A DNA stretch of 64,000 nt from a virus. Of the stretch, positions 43,548 through 53,865 are shown piece by piece (position 1 is the stretch's first letter; every line of letters starts with the position of its first letter). Location: IMG/VR virus record IMGVR_UViG_3300008108_000118; one strand, written 5' to 3'. Below the pieces are notes generated by a model. It searched no databases, was not told the origin of the DNA, and saw nothing but the letters and a program-made list of their open reading frames with translations. Both the position numbers and the translations under genes were made by a program.

Positions 43548-44831
43548 TTATTGCATTTTATTTAATAAATTTGCCATATCATCCTCCACACCTTGTTTTA
43601 TTTGTTCATCGGGTATTGCACTTGCGATTTTTGTTAAGTCTTCCTGTGATGCTACCGATCCATCTTCTCCTTTATTTTTACCGGCAAAATATTGTGCTCC
43701 CTTTTCCATACCCTTCATCGCCACAGCGGTACCCCCACCCCATGTTAAACCTTTTCTTACTGCCGTTGCGGTACTAACAGGACCTTTACCCTTTAGTGCG
43801 GCGTTTATTGGTTTTGTAAAATCTTTTTGAATGAATTTTTTACCAAGTGAGGTTAAAGTCTCGGCACCTTGAACTCCCGCCTTTTGTGCTGCAGGTGCAA
43901 AAACATTTTTCATATTTTCTAAAACTTTACCAACACCTGATTTAAATGAAGAAATCATACCTGCTGCTTTTGGTCCGAAAGCCTTAGCGATCCATTCTAA
44001 TGGTTTTATTAATATATTCATTATACCACCAAGACCTTTACTTAAAACAGTAATGATTGGTTGTAAAATTTTTCCACCAACTTTCATAACACTACCACCC
44101 GCAGCTTTAAAGGCCGCTTTAAGACCTTTGGCAGCACCAGAAAAAAGAACACCCGCTAAACATACTGCGAGATCAATATAAGTCCATACACTTTTTGAAT
44201 CAGTTTTACCACTTAATAATTGATAAACTTTCCAAACAAATAGAATACCCCAAACTATACCTGTGGCTAATTTACCAATACCTAATGCGGTTAATGCCAC
44301 GTCCAAACCGATACCAACAGGACTCATCATGAAATGTTCTATTTTTTCCATTATCCATGGTAATCCTTTATTTAACACCCATGCACCCGCATCTTTTATA
44401 CCTTGCCAAGCTTTTCCCGCAACTTCTTTTGTTTTATCCCAAAGATCACCAAAAAAACCCTCAGCAAGTGTTGGATATTTTTGAGATATTTTATTTTTTA
44501 CAAATTCCCAAGAATCAGTTATAACTTGTTCAGTTGATAATGAATTGATTGATTCTATGATTAAATTTCTACCAAATTTTATTTCATATTCCATTATTAT
44601 ATTCATATCCGATTCCATCAAACGATATAATAATTTTCTTATATTACTAAATAACTGTGTAGATTCCATTATTGAATGTCTATAAATGAATATACTTTGA
44701 TTTTTAAACATTTCACAAATAAAAAATGGATTTGGGTTATTAATATCAGTATATAACCCTGTTTCTACATCAATAATTCGATTTAAACCCGAAACATACC
44801 TACCATCTCTTGTGAATAATAAATCTTCCAT
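43548..44831 (-). CDS. hypothetical Gly/Ala/Lys-rich protein with hydrophobic stretches, 427 aa
   Basis: Long ORF. Possible internal virion protein. Confidence 0.5.
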   Translation of the reverse strand: MEDLLFTRDGRYVSGLNRIIDVETGLYTDINNPNPFFICEMFKNQSIFIYRHSIMESTQLFSNIRKLLYRLMESDMNIIMEYEIKFGRNLIIESINSLSTEQVITDSWEFVKNKISQKYPTLAEGFFGDLWDKTKEVAGKAWQGIKDAGAWVLNKGLPWIMEKIEHFMMSPVGIGLDVALTALGIGKLATGIVWGILFVWKVYQLLSGKTDSKSVWTYIDLAVCLAGVLFSGAAKGLKAAFKAAGGSVMKVGGKILQPIITVLSKGLGGIMNILIKPLEWIAKAFGPKAAGMISSFKSGVGKVLENMKNVFAPAAQKAGVQGAETLTSLGKKFIQKDFTKPINAALKGKGPVSTATAVRKGLTWGGGTAVAMKGMEKGAQYFAGKNKGEDGSVASQEDLTKIASAIPDEQIKQGVEDDMANLLNKMQ

Positions 44832-44851
44832 GTTATATAAATATATTGATT

Positions 44852-45109
44852 TTACTTAAGTGGATTTCCTTTACCTCTTTTTAATATAGATCCAACAACA
44901 TCACTCCATTTAGTTACACCAACTTGATTTGATGGTCCTCTAGTTACACCACTTTCCCATTTACCAACTTGTGGATATCCCGAACCCCCACCACTTGATG
45001 ATGTACCCGCACTAGGTGCTGCTGCCGCATCTTGTTCACTTATCTCTTCTTCCTCCAAATCTTTAGAGAGAATTAGTTTAAGTTGTTTTTCATTTATTAA
45101 AACTTTCAT
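44852..45109 (-). CDS. hypothetical protein, 85 aa
   Basis: AAGTATTTATAGTAG lies immediately upstream of its ATG. Confidence 0.45.
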   Translation of the reverse strand: MKVLINEKQLKLILSKDLEEEEISEQDAAAAPSAGTSSSGGGSGYPQVGKWESGVTRGPSNQVGVTKWSDVVGSILKRGKGNPLK

Positions 45110-45159
45110 CTACTATAAATACTTAAATTTTCTTGTTTTTTATACCATAAACTAAAAAA

Positions 45160-45543
45160 TTATTCATCATATATTGTCTCATCAATTTTTGAAAACATTT
45201 TAACAAACTGTCCCGCTTTTGCATTAGCTTCATCTTCAATCTCACCACCAATATCTGGCGGCTTAACTTTTAAACGACCTTGTTCGTATTGTTTATGATG
45301 GACAAGTTCATGTGCTAAACTTCTCATTACATCAACAAGTGCCCTATTTTTAGCATTAACTTTAATTATTTTATTTTTTTTAGTGTAGTCATAGCTAGCA
45401 GTAGTCTTTAATTCTTTTCTACCATTTTGAATAGAAATAGTTGGCACTGTTTTTAAATCCAATTCCTTTTTAACGAATTTTACAAATTCTTGTAATTTCT
45501 TCTTTTTTTCGTCAGATAAAAATTCCATAAATATAAATATCAC
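45160..45543 (-). CDS. putative Zn-metallopeptidase-like protein (HExxH: LAHELVHHKQ)
   Basis: HELVH motif with a downstream Glu (EDEANAKAG). Family not resolved. Confidence 0.45.
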   Translation of the reverse strand: MIFIFMEFLSDEKKKKLQEFVKFVKKELDLKTVPTISIQNGRKELKTTASYDYTKKNKIIKVNAKNRALVDVMRSLAHELVHHKQYEQGRLKVKPPDIGGEIEDEANAKAGQFVKMFSKIDETIYDE

Positions 45544-45779
45544 AAACTTACCCGTTCGGGTAAATCGTTTTCTTTTAAATATTCAGATAATAATTCAATT
45601 ACAAATTCTTCATCAATATCTAATATATCGTGTTCAGATATTATCGTTGGACTATAATATTCTATGGAATCAAATTCAATGTCTAATACTCTATAAAAAT
45701 TATCACCGTCTTCTTCGGTTGAGAATTCAACATGTAGAGTACTTTTTTCTTCTGTGTAGTAATACTCGTGTATAACCAT
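45540..45779 (-). CDS. hypothetical acidic protein, 79 aa
   Basis: 4-nt overlap with the downstream gene. Confidence 0.4.
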   Translation of the reverse strand: MVIHEYYYTEEKSTLHVEFSTEEDGDNFYRVLDIEFDSIEYYSPTIISEHDILDIDEEFVIELLSEYLKENDLPERVSL

Positions 45780-45876
45780 TCTAAATATGTGGATTACGTA
45801 AACTTAATTAAAAAATAATTATGTTGATTTTTATCAAAAACCATAAATAATTGAATTATTCTAAATAATTACTAGT

Positions 45877-46206
45877 ATGATGGATTGGTATATTATAGAA
45901 TATTTGTATCCTGAATCATTTAAAAGATTCATTGACGTAACATTCCCAAATATTGGTATTGTAAGTACTAATTCTTTATCGTTTTATAAAACAAAAAATT
46001 TATACAATTTTTTTGACAAAGAAGGTTTATATTTTAATGTCGAACAATGTTGTCCAAAAAGATGGATTTATACAATATCAATAAAAAATATAATAGTGCT
46101 CGGACCAATTAATTTAAAAGAAAATACCAAAGAGGATATCGAAATAGAGGGATTTACGGAGTGTTTTAAAATACTAGATAAAATTCTAATAACCCATCAA
46201 TTATAA
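45877..46206 (+). CDS. hypothetical protein, 109 aa
   Basis: ORF. No family recognised. Confidence 0.4.
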   Translation: MMDWYIIEYLYPESFKRFIDVTFPNIGIVSTNSLSFYKTKNLYNFFDKEGLYFNVEQCCPKRWIYTISIKNIIVLGPINLKENTKEDIEIEGFTECFKILDKILITHQL

Positions 46207-46219
46207 ATGTATTTATAAT

Positions 46220-46513
46220 ATGGAAATATCTATAAAATTTCTATTACAGTCTGTAAAAGTTATAACAGAAAAAAAATATCATTTAGAGGATCTATATCTT
46301 ATATATGACTTTTTAATTTCTGTTAAAAAAGATGAATTAATTAAATACCTAAAATCTAATACAGTTTTGTCCTATAAGAACGATTTAGAATTATATAAGG
46401 ACACAATCATTCATTTAATGAAAATTTTTGAGGATTTAGAAAACTATGAGGAATGTTTTGTATTAAAACAAAAGTATGATGAATGTGAATTTTTAATAAA
46501 TGAAAAAACCTAA
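46220..46513 (+). CDS. hypothetical protein, 97 aa
   Basis: ORF. No family recognised. Confidence 0.4.
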   Translation: MEISIKFLLQSVKVITEKKYHLEDLYLIYDFLISVKKDELIKYLKSNTVLSYKNDLELYKDTIIHLMKIFEDLENYEECFVLKQKYDECEFLINEKT

Positions 46514-46539
46514 TCAATAACGATTAGGTTTTGTATAAA

Positions 46540-46767
46540 TTATTTACTTACACGTTTTCGCAATAAAAAATAAAAAATAAAAAATAGACCCGATATAAAA
46601 TACATAATAATATTGGCTCTCCAAATGTTTCCGGTTATAGACATTAACGTATATTGTACAACATCGAACCCAAATGGGAGAAAGAACATCGCTAACATTA
46701 GAGACGTATCTTTGTATAACACCAATCTTTTTTCCTTGTTTTTTATTGTTTTTAGTCGATTCACCAT
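46540..46767 (-). CDS. small membrane protein (75 aa, 2 TM), putative
   Basis: Chosen over the overlapping frame 46544..46777 for its cleaner TM helices. Lies downstream of the glycan genes. Confidence 0.3.
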   Translation of the reverse strand: MVNRLKTIKNKEKRLVLYKDTSLMLAMFFLPFGFDVVQYTLMSITGNIWRANIIMYFISGLFFIFYFLLRKRVSK

Positions 46768-46817
46768 CGGTATCCATGTATGAATAATTTATCTAATTAT
46801 GTCTTAATGACTTTTAA

Positions 46818-47918
46818 CTATAAATATGTCTCTATTTCTGTTTTAACTTTTTTTAACGCGGAGGCGATTACTTGGTGCATATCATAATACTTATATTCCG
46901 CCAACCTACCACCAAAAATGACATTATTTTCCATTTTTGTTAAATCTTGGTACTTGTTAAATATATTTTGATTTATTAAATCATTTATTGGGTAATATGG
47001 TTCTTCATTTTTATTCCATTCAATTGGATATTCTTTTGTTATTATTGTTTTAGAAGAAATATCATTATTAAAATGTTTGTGTTCAATAATTCTCGTAAAA
47101 GGTATTTCAATGTCTGTAAAATTTATAACTGAATGACCTTGATAATTTTCTTTGTCGAGTATTTCAGTTTCAAATCTCAATGGTCGATACTCTAAATCAC
47201 CATAACAATAATTATAAAATTTGTCTACCGGTCCTGTATAAATTATTTTTCTAGATAATGAATTGAAATATTCTCTATTTTCAAAATAGTCAACATTTTT
47301 TCGTACTTCAATATTTTCTAATAATTTTTCAAATAATTCTGTATAACCGTTTTTTGGAATTCCTTGGTATGTGTCAAAAAAATAATTATTATCGTATGTG
47401 AATCTTACAGGTAATCTTTTTATGATAAAAGGTGGTAATTCTTTTGGGTTTTTCATCCATTGTTTTTCAGTGTAACCCTTAATTAATTTATCATATACAT
47501 CTCTACCTACTAATGATAATGCTTGTTCTTCTAAATTATTGGGTACACCTCCATATCTTTGACTTTCTATTATTTTTATCGCTTCTTCCGGATTATTGAC
47601 CCCCCACAGTTTATTAAACGTAAACATATTGAAGGGTAAAGAGTATAGTTGATCTTTATGTGACGCCAAAACATGATGTCTATAATTGTTAAACTCAACA
47701 AATTTATTTACATAATCCCAAACTTCTTTATCTGAAGTATGAAATATATGTGCACCATACTTATGTACATTAATTTCTAAATTTTTTTCAGTATAACAAT
47801 TACCACCAATATGATCTCTTTTTTCTATAACCAATACTTTTTTTCCGACATTGGTTAATTCTCTGGCAAAAATAGATCCAAAGAGACCCGATCCAACTAT
47901 TAAATAATCATACATCAT
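46818..47918 (-). CDS. glf: UDP-galactopyranose mutase
   Basis: FAD-binding N-terminus DYLIVGSGLFGSIFA...KKVLVIEKRDHIGGNCYT and HKYGAHIFHT are characteristic of Glf. Confidence 0.9.
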   Translation of the reverse strand: MMYDYLIVGSGLFGSIFARELTNVGKKVLVIEKRDHIGGNCYTEKNLEINVHKYGAHIFHTSDKEVWDYVNKFVEFNNYRHHVLASHKDQLYSLPFNMFTFNKLWGVNNPEEAIKIIESQRYGGVPNNLEEQALSLVGRDVYDKLIKGYTEKQWMKNPKELPPFIIKRLPVRFTYDNNYFFDTYQGIPKNGYTELFEKLLENIEVRKNVDYFENREYFNSLSRKIIYTGPVDKFYNYCYGDLEYRPLRFETEILDKENYQGHSVINFTDIEIPFTRIIEHKHFNNDISSKTIITKEYPIEWNKNEEPYYPINDLINQNIFNKYQDLTKMENNVIFGGRLAEYKYYDMHQVIASALKKVKTEIETYL

Positions 47919-48552
47919 TAATTCTTTTTACCGGCCTGTTGTATGCATTTACGAATATATTATCATAACCAAGAAATCCACCAATATTATCACTAACACT
48001 ATCTATTTGAGAAATTAACAATGGATATCCACCATATTTAATAAAATTATTTTGATAAATCCACGCGTCTATTGGGACATCAACTTCTGGGTCGTATTTT
48101 AACATTTTTTCATATGCCTGTTTATTGACAGCATATGCGTGAACACAATAACATCCATGGATATACATTAAATTATCATCAATTAAGTTTATTGGGTTAT
48201 CAAAAATATTTGCACTAAAATAATAAACATCCCAATTATCTATTTTCGAAAGACTATCTAATGATTTTTCTATAAGTTCCTCCGCACCTTCTTTGAAAAA
48301 AACATCATCCTCAAAAATTAAAATATTTTCTAAATCATTATTGTAGGCATATTCAATAATATTTCTGTGTGATTTACCGCTGGCAATTACACAATTTTGA
48401 GGTGTTTTAATATCCGCCTTTATTGCTGAATATCTTTTTACAAATTTATCTAAATCAACTCTCGATAGTTCTCGTTTCATGTGATCTTGTCTATCAACTC
48501 TATCGTCTAAATTTATATAAAAAGCGTCTTTAAAAAATTCTTGTATTTTCAT
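47908..48552 (-). CDS. glycosyltransferase family 25-like (LPS/LOS beta-1,4-galactosyltransferase family)
   Basis: N-terminal FYINLDDRVDRQDHMKRELSRV matches the GT25 signature (YVINL..R.DR...M..EL). Confidence 0.6.
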   Translation of the reverse strand: MKIQEFFKDAFYINLDDRVDRQDHMKRELSRVDLDKFVKRYSAIKADIKTPQNCVIASGKSHRNIIEYAYNNDLENILIFEDDVFFKEGAEELIEKSLDSLSKIDNWDVYYFSANIFDNPINLIDDNLMYIHGCYCVHAYAVNKQAYEKMLKYDPEVDVPIDAWIYQNNFIKYGGYPLLISQIDSVSDNIGGFLGYDNIFVNAYNRPVKRINDV

Positions 48553-48558
48553 TTTTTT

Positions 48559-49788
48559 TTAAATTTTAAAATATGATGGTCTTTTCCATTCTAAATCTTC
48601 AGAGTATGGCCAAATTAATAGTTGTGTTGGTATTTGCCTATTTTTGGATCTATAAAATTTAAATGTACGAGAATTTATTTTACCATCGATTATATCTTTA
48701 TTTTCGTTATAAGTTAAATCTTCTCTATGTATTGCAATACCCCCCTGATCTAACACAATCATCGCCCAAAATCTAACATTATTTATTTTTTCAATTTTAT
48801 CATAATCCCAAGAAATTGTGTCATTGAAATAAACTTGTTCATTGTCCCAACCTTCTTCAGAATTTGAACATGGAGGTTCGATACCCTTCTCAGTATCTTT
48901 ATGTACAATACATTTAACAAAATCGATTCCAGAATAATCGGTATACTCTTGTAATGTTCTTTCTTTACCTAAACCATACATACCTAAACCAAACAAATCA
49001 TTTCTACCAAGTAAACAATCTAATCTATCATGTGCAACTTTATTTAAATTCCCCCAATTATTATGGTCACCCCAATGTTTAGGGTTATCTAACCTTTGAT
49101 AAAAATGATGTACAATTGTTCTATGAGAATTATATATATTATAACCGTGTGTGAAATACCTAATCGCCATGGCCGCTTCCTCACCCGAAAAATAAAAATC
49201 AGGATCGTATGGTACTTCTCTGTTTATTTGACCAGGACCAAAGATAAAACCTGCAGATATATAAACACCTTTGACAGGAAAATTCTTAGATTGCCAATCT
49301 TCCATATTCATTGGTCTACTCATCGGATACTTATGATCGAACCTATAAACATTACATATTTGTGGTACGTTATACCATTTACTTTCATCCATTTCTGGAT
49401 TATAGTTTGGGGGGTATCCAGTAATGATTGCTTTTTCGTCATTTAGTGACTCCCAAATGTTTATCAACTTTTCATCCCAATTTTCAACAAATCTCATATG
49501 TGAATCTATCTGAAGTGAAAATTTCTCATCTTTCCACAACATTTGTGTTATATTTCTGGCCCAACACGCTCCTTTTGATTCTTTGTAATCAAAATCAATT
49601 ATTTCTATATTTTCATTATTTTTTATTTCATCTAAATTATCCCATATATCATCTTTTGAATGTTGCCAACATATAACAAACCTCAAATTCTCGGGAAATT
49701 TAGATCTACTAATCGCATGTTTTATTGTTGGCAATAACTCTTTATCTCTATACGATGCGATTTGAACAAAAATTTTATTATTACTCAT
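48559..49788 (-). CDS. GT-A fold glycosyltransferase (GlcNAc-transferase-like), putative
   Basis: N-terminal IFVQIASYRDKELLPTIKHAI ... LRFVICWQ and a DxH-like QIDSHMRF resemble the GlcNAc-transferase family. Confidence 0.5.
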   Translation of the reverse strand: MSNNKIFVQIASYRDKELLPTIKHAISRSKFPENLRFVICWQHSKDDIWDNLDEIKNNENIEIIDFDYKESKGACWARNITQMLWKDEKFSLQIDSHMRFVENWDEKLINIWESLNDEKAIITGYPPNYNPEMDESKWYNVPQICNVYRFDHKYPMSRPMNMEDWQSKNFPVKGVYISAGFIFGPGQINREVPYDPDFYFSGEEAAMAIRYFTHGYNIYNSHRTIVHHFYQRLDNPKHWGDHNNWGNLNKVAHDRLDCLLGRNDLFGLGMYGLGKERTLQEYTDYSGIDFVKCIVHKDTEKGIEPPCSNSEEGWDNEQVYFNDTISWDYDKIEKINNVRFWAMIVLDQGGIAIHREDLTYNENKDIIDGKINSRTFKFYRSKNRQIPTQLLIWPYSEDLEWKRPSYFKI

Positions 49789-49882
49789 ATGTCTTAAACA
49801 TAAATAAAAATTGTTAAAAAGTAAAACACTATTATTTTTTTTTTCTATTTAATTTTTTTATTTTTATCTAAAATAATTACAA

Positions 49883-50251
49883 ATGAATAAAGTTTATCAA
49901 CCAGTCGTATTAGAAAGATCAAATGAAATTGTTCAAAGTTTGGTCGAATCTGGATTTTTTAAAGATTATGAATTACCAAGTACCGATTTTGCTAAAGAAT
50001 ATCTGTGTGAAAAATTGACAGAAAAGTTCATAGAAAATGGTTCAGATATAAATGATACGATTTTCACTGAAAACGAATTTGAGAATATTTTAAGAGTAAT
50101 TGTAACTGGATCAATTTTAGGTGAATTAAAGAGAAAAGGATATATAAATTCTTATGAAGATGAAAATACGGAAGAAACTTTTTTTCTAACCGAAGATGGT
50201 AAAGAAATGTTAAAAAACCTAAAAAGTACAGATGATAAAACTAAAGAATAG
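49883..50251 (+). CDS. hypothetical protein, 122 aa
   Basis: ORF. No family recognised. Confidence 0.45.
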   Translation: MNKVYQPVVLERSNEIVQSLVESGFFKDYELPSTDFAKEYLCEKLTEKFIENGSDINDTIFTENEFENILRVIVTGSILGELKRKGYINSYEDENTEETFFLTEDGKEMLKNLKSTDDKTKE

Positions 50252-50581
50252 TTATTTCTTTTTTTCATCAACTTGTTGACTAAGACTGTTCTTTTTATGT
50301 TGTCTTATTTTTTCTTTTAATTGCGATAAAATTTTTTGTGTGTTAGATAAATTTGTGGAAATAGTTGAAACTCTACCATTAGATAATGTTTTTAAACCTT
50401 CAGGAATACTATCCTCTAATTTTCTAAATTCCTTTATTGTTTCAGATAATGAGTTTTGTAACTCCTCAATTTTATATTGCACTCTATTATATTCCTGTCT
50501 ATTAACTTTGGACGTTTCCTCATTTAATAGGTCATTTAACACTTTTTTTACCGTTTCTTCTGATATTAATCTACCTTCCAT
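50252..50581 (-). CDS. hypothetical coiled-coil protein, 109 aa
   Basis: Convergent with the upstream plus-strand gene. Confidence 0.4.
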   Translation of the reverse strand: MEGRLISEETVKKVLNDLLNEETSKVNRQEYNRVQYKIEELQNSLSETIKEFRKLEDSIPEGLKTLSNGRVSTISTNLSNTQKILSQLKEKIRQHKKNSLSQQVDEKKK

Positions 50582-50661
50582 AATATTATAAATACTTTTT
50601 AATCACCAATTTTTTTTATTAAAGAAAATTTCTTAAATTTAAAATACAAAAATAAATACAA

Positions 50662-51546
50662 ATGAGAAATGTTGAATTTACATTATTTGATTTTGATGAT
50701 CTACTAATTGAACCTGCACATATTTCACCAATCAGGTCCAGAAAAGAAATTAACCCAAAGTATGATAATGGTTACTATCCATTGATGACCGCTCCGATGG
50801 ATACGGTCATTTCCAAAGATAATCACAAACTTTTTGGTAATTTGGGTATTAGATCTGTAGTCCCAAGAGGTGAGGGTTATTATGATCAAAATTATAATGA
50901 CACACACTTTAATTCATATGGATTAGATGAATTTAATGAAATTTTCATAAATGGTGATGTGGAAATTCTAACAGATTCCAAAATTTATGTGTTAATTGAT
51001 ATTGCAAATGGCCATATGAGGGCGTTATACGATTCCGCTAAGACCGCAAAGGAAAAATATGGTGATAAAATGGTCTTAATGATTGGGAATGTTGCAAACC
51101 CCAAGACTTTTGCGGAATATTGTTCAATAGGTGTCGATTATATTAGAATTGGTATAGGTAATGGTGGTGGTTGTTTAACAACTGTTCAGACTGGTGTTGG
51201 ATTCCCAATGGCATCACTAATTGAAGAGTGTTATGATGTTAAAAAATATATGGAATTTCCAAATATTAAGATAGTTGCGGATGGAGGATTCAAATCATAT
51301 TCTGACATCATAAAGGCACTCGCGTTAGAAGTACAAAAATCGTGGGGAAAAGAAGAATTAAAGACATCTGAAGGTGTTGTTAGAACACATAAGGTTGAAT
51401 ACACATTAGAAGGGTGGATTAATAATTTTGATTCATATTTGAGATCTGCGATGAGTTATACAGGAAAAAAAGAACTCCACGAATTTATCGGTGGAGTTCA
51501 GTTGAATTTCATAAGTCAAAATTCCTATAAGAGATTTAGTAAATAA
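50662..51546 (+). CDS. IMP dehydrogenase/GMP reductase-family TIM-barrel protein (GuaC-like, no CBS domains)
   Basis: Catalytic loop GIGNGGGCLTTVQTGVGFP and ADGG match the IMPDH/GMPR active-site Cys loop GIGPGS(I/V)CTTR. Confidence 0.65.
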   Translation: MRNVEFTLFDFDDLLIEPAHISPIRSRKEINPKYDNGYYPLMTAPMDTVISKDNHKLFGNLGIRSVVPRGEGYYDQNYNDTHFNSYGLDEFNEIFINGDVEILTDSKIYVLIDIANGHMRALYDSAKTAKEKYGDKMVLMIGNVANPKTFAEYCSIGVDYIRIGIGNGGGCLTTVQTGVGFPMASLIEECYDVKKYMEFPNIKIVADGGFKSYSDIIKALALEVQKSWGKEELKTSEGVVRTHKVEYTLEGWINNFDSYLRSAMSYTGKKELHEFIGGVQLNFISQNSYKRFSK

Positions 51547-51783
51547 TTATACTCTGAATTCTCTATCTTCAGAACTTGATAATTCTTTATCTCTCTTCAT
51601 ACCTTCTTTGATATAACTTCTAATAAGTCTTGAAACGGTTACCTTTTTCTTATCCGCAACTTTTTCAATCTCCTTATAATAAGCGGGAACAACTCTAAAT
51701 GACAACATTTGAATGAGTTGTTTGTGCTTTGGTAAACTAGAACCTTCAGGTTGTTTTTCTTCTTTTGATGCTTTTGATGCCAT
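51547..51783 (-). CDS. ribbon-helix-helix (Arc/CopG-like) DNA-binding protein, putative
   Basis: LSFRVVPAYYKEIEKVADKKKVTVSRLIRSYI fits a beta-strand-helix-helix RHH. AAATATTTATAAAAAAAG lies 15 nt upstream of the ATG. Confidence 0.5.
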   Translation of the reverse strand: MASKASKEEKQPEGSSLPKHKQLIQMLSFRVVPAYYKEIEKVADKKKVTVSRLIRSYIKEGMKRDKELSSSEDREFRV

Positions 51784-51852
51784 TATACACTTTTTTTATA
51801 AATATTTGGTTTTTCGGTAATTTTTAATTATTTTAATAAAAACAACATATAT

Positions 51853-52212
51853 ATGTCAGAAGAAAAATCTACAGTAAATCCCGCAATTAAGGAAATCGAG
51901 GAAAAATACCCCGAAATGACTAAAGAATTCAAAAGAATTATGAGAGAACAATATGAAATGTTCTGTAAAAAACAATTAACTTACGGTACAGGAAATATTT
52001 CCGTGGGAACGAGGTTGGAAACACCCGAAGAAGTTAAATTATCCCAAACAGGTCTTTGGTTTAGAAAAATGGACAAAATAAACAGATTAAAACAGTTAGT
52101 TTTGTTGAATAAAGAGGATGTAGTTAGTGAAACCGTAGAAGATACGTATTCAGACCTATCGGTTTACTCAATTATCTCACAAATCGTTAGTAGGGGTAAA
52201 TGGGGAAAATAA
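51853..52212 (+). CDS. hypothetical protein, 119 aa
   Basis: ORF. No family recognised. Confidence 0.45.
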   Translation: MSEEKSTVNPAIKEIEEKYPEMTKEFKRIMREQYEMFCKKQLTYGTGNISVGTRLETPEEVKLSQTGLWFRKMDKINRLKQLVLLNKEDVVSETVEDTYSDLSVYSIISQIVSRGKWGK

Positions 52213-52269
52213 AAGGGATATATATATCCCTTTTTTTTATTTAAAAATATTTATAATAAACGAAAAGAT

Positions 52270-52620
52270 ATGACAGTCAATGTGAATCACCCAACTTTTA
52301 TTGCATTTTTAGAACAAGTAACTAATAAGATCCTATCTTCCACACAGGTTGAAAATTACTTTAAATTAACACCAGAAAAAAAATTACGTGTTCAATATAT
52401 GGTGTTTAAATTAATGAAAAATTCAACAAAAATGAGAGGAAAATTTAATGATTCTGAATTAAAAAGTTTTGTAATGATTTTATGTAAAAAAAATGAAGAT
52501 GATGAGAATTATGAATTTTCTGCAATATTGAATGACATACATAATAATTTTGATAAGATAAATGATGTTACAAAAATAAAAACTAAAACCAATAAACCAA
52601 TAAAAGTAGAAACAAAGTAA
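52270..52620 (+). CDS. hypothetical protein, 116 aa
   Basis: ORF. No family recognised. Confidence 0.45.
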   Translation: MTVNVNHPTFIAFLEQVTNKILSSTQVENYFKLTPEKKLRVQYMVFKLMKNSTKMRGKFNDSELKSFVMILCKKNEDDENYEFSAILNDIHNNFDKINDVTKIKTKTNKPIKVETK

Positions 52621-52622
52621 CT

Positions 52623-53018
52623 ATGAAAAACAAAACTGCGGATTTTGATGCAAAGAAAAAGTGTGCGGTTTTAGCAATGAAATGGTGTAAAACAAATTTG
52701 GGTGTCAATAAAAAGAAAAAAAATAAAATAAAGATATCTATTAGAGTTAGACCCAAAAAAGAAGGAAATTATTTCTTCTATGGTGACTTTAATTCAAAAG
52801 AGAATAAAATTATAGTATATGGTGCAAACGAACAAAGCTTAGACGATATTGTTTCAACCGTTATACACGAATATACACATTATCTACAGTCAACTAAAAA
52901 ATATTGGGAATATTTTGAAACACATTATTACTCAACACACCCTTACGAAAGACAGGCAAAAAGGAATGAAATAAAGTATACATCAGAATGTTTAAAAGAG
53001 ATAAAGAAATTAATTTAA
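52623..53018 (+). CDS. putative Zn-metallopeptidase-like protein (HExxH: IHEYTHYLQ), SprT/WLM-like
   Basis: HEYTH motif with a downstream Glu. Basic N-terminus. Confidence 0.45.
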   Translation: MKNKTADFDAKKKCAVLAMKWCKTNLGVNKKKKNKIKISIRVRPKKEGNYFFYGDFNSKENKIIVYGANEQSLDDIVSTVIHEYTHYLQSTKKYWEYFETHYYSTHPYERQAKRNEIKYTSECLKEIKKLI

Positions 53019-53210
53019 TATCTCTAGTTCGGGTATTTCTCTTAAAAACAATAAAAGATCATCCTCATTATGTCTGTGTTTTACCACTAAATCACAATTC
53101 CAATAATTTTTAATATCTTGGACAAATCCTTCCTTAATTCTATCATTTTTTACCTTTCTATAGATCCAATATAATCTATTTTGGTAATTTACAAATTCTT
53201 TAGGATACAT
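53010..53210 (-). CDS. hypothetical protein, 66 aa
   Basis: Short ORF overlapping both neighbours by a few nt. Confidence 0.3.
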   Translation of the reverse strand: MYPKEFVNYQNRLYWIYRKVKNDRIKEGFVQDIKNYWNCDLVVKHRHNEDDLLLFLREIPELEILN

Positions 53211-53781
53211 TGTTATTAATTATATAATTAAAAATATCCACATGTGTCGTATCATTGACTTCAAATTCAACAAATGGGATATTATAGGTTATTAGTTTAT
53301 TTTTGATGTCCCCATCAATTTCTTTTGCCTCTTCTAATTTTTGAAATCTACCATTTTCATCATACGAACTATCGTTTCTCGTTAGTAATATATTAAAATT
53401 CCTATATTTTTTAAATAATTGTAATATAAAAAAATCAAAAGAATTATCATAAAACATTGCAGGATATTCTGGTTCAGTGTTATATCTTTCTTTGTAGACC
53501 ATACCCAAAATTATTGGAGAATCTACTATAATATATTTGACTTTATTATATAACCTACTTATGTTTCTATGTTGATTTGCGGTAATGTAGAATTGATCTT
53601 TAATTGCCGAATAATTCTCTTCCCAAGAGACTATTTTAGGAAATTCATAAGTTAACTCAACATCCATGTGTTGTTTTTTCATTTCAGTAAATAAACCTGC
53701 CGATTGTGTTGATTTACCTATACCAGGACCACCAAAAAAATTTATTATTAAACTCATAAGATAATATAACAAATTAGACAC
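53200..53781 (-). CDS. P-loop nucleoside/nucleotide kinase-like protein
   Basis: Walker A FFGGPGIGKSTQS. 193 aa. Possibly a (d)NMP or nucleoside kinase. Confidence 0.5.
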   Translation of the reverse strand: MSNLLYYLMSLIINFFGGPGIGKSTQSAGLFTEMKKQHMDVELTYEFPKIVSWEENYSAIKDQFYITANQHRNISRLYNKVKYIIVDSPIILGMVYKERYNTEPEYPAMFYDNSFDFFILQLFKKYRNFNILLTRNDSSYDENGRFQKLEEAKEIDGDIKNKLITYNIPFVEFEVNDTTHVDIFNYIINNNVS

Positions 53782-53865
53782 AAATTACCAAATGAAAATT
53801 AGACATTTATATATTTGTTTATATTTATTGGAATAAATGTTAATCACACCCTGAAATAAAGAAAT

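Noticed and set aside
46544-46777. Alternative frame 46544..46777 (77 aa)
   Set aside because: It overlaps 46540..46767 on the same strand. The latter has cleaner TM helices. Neither is strongly supported.
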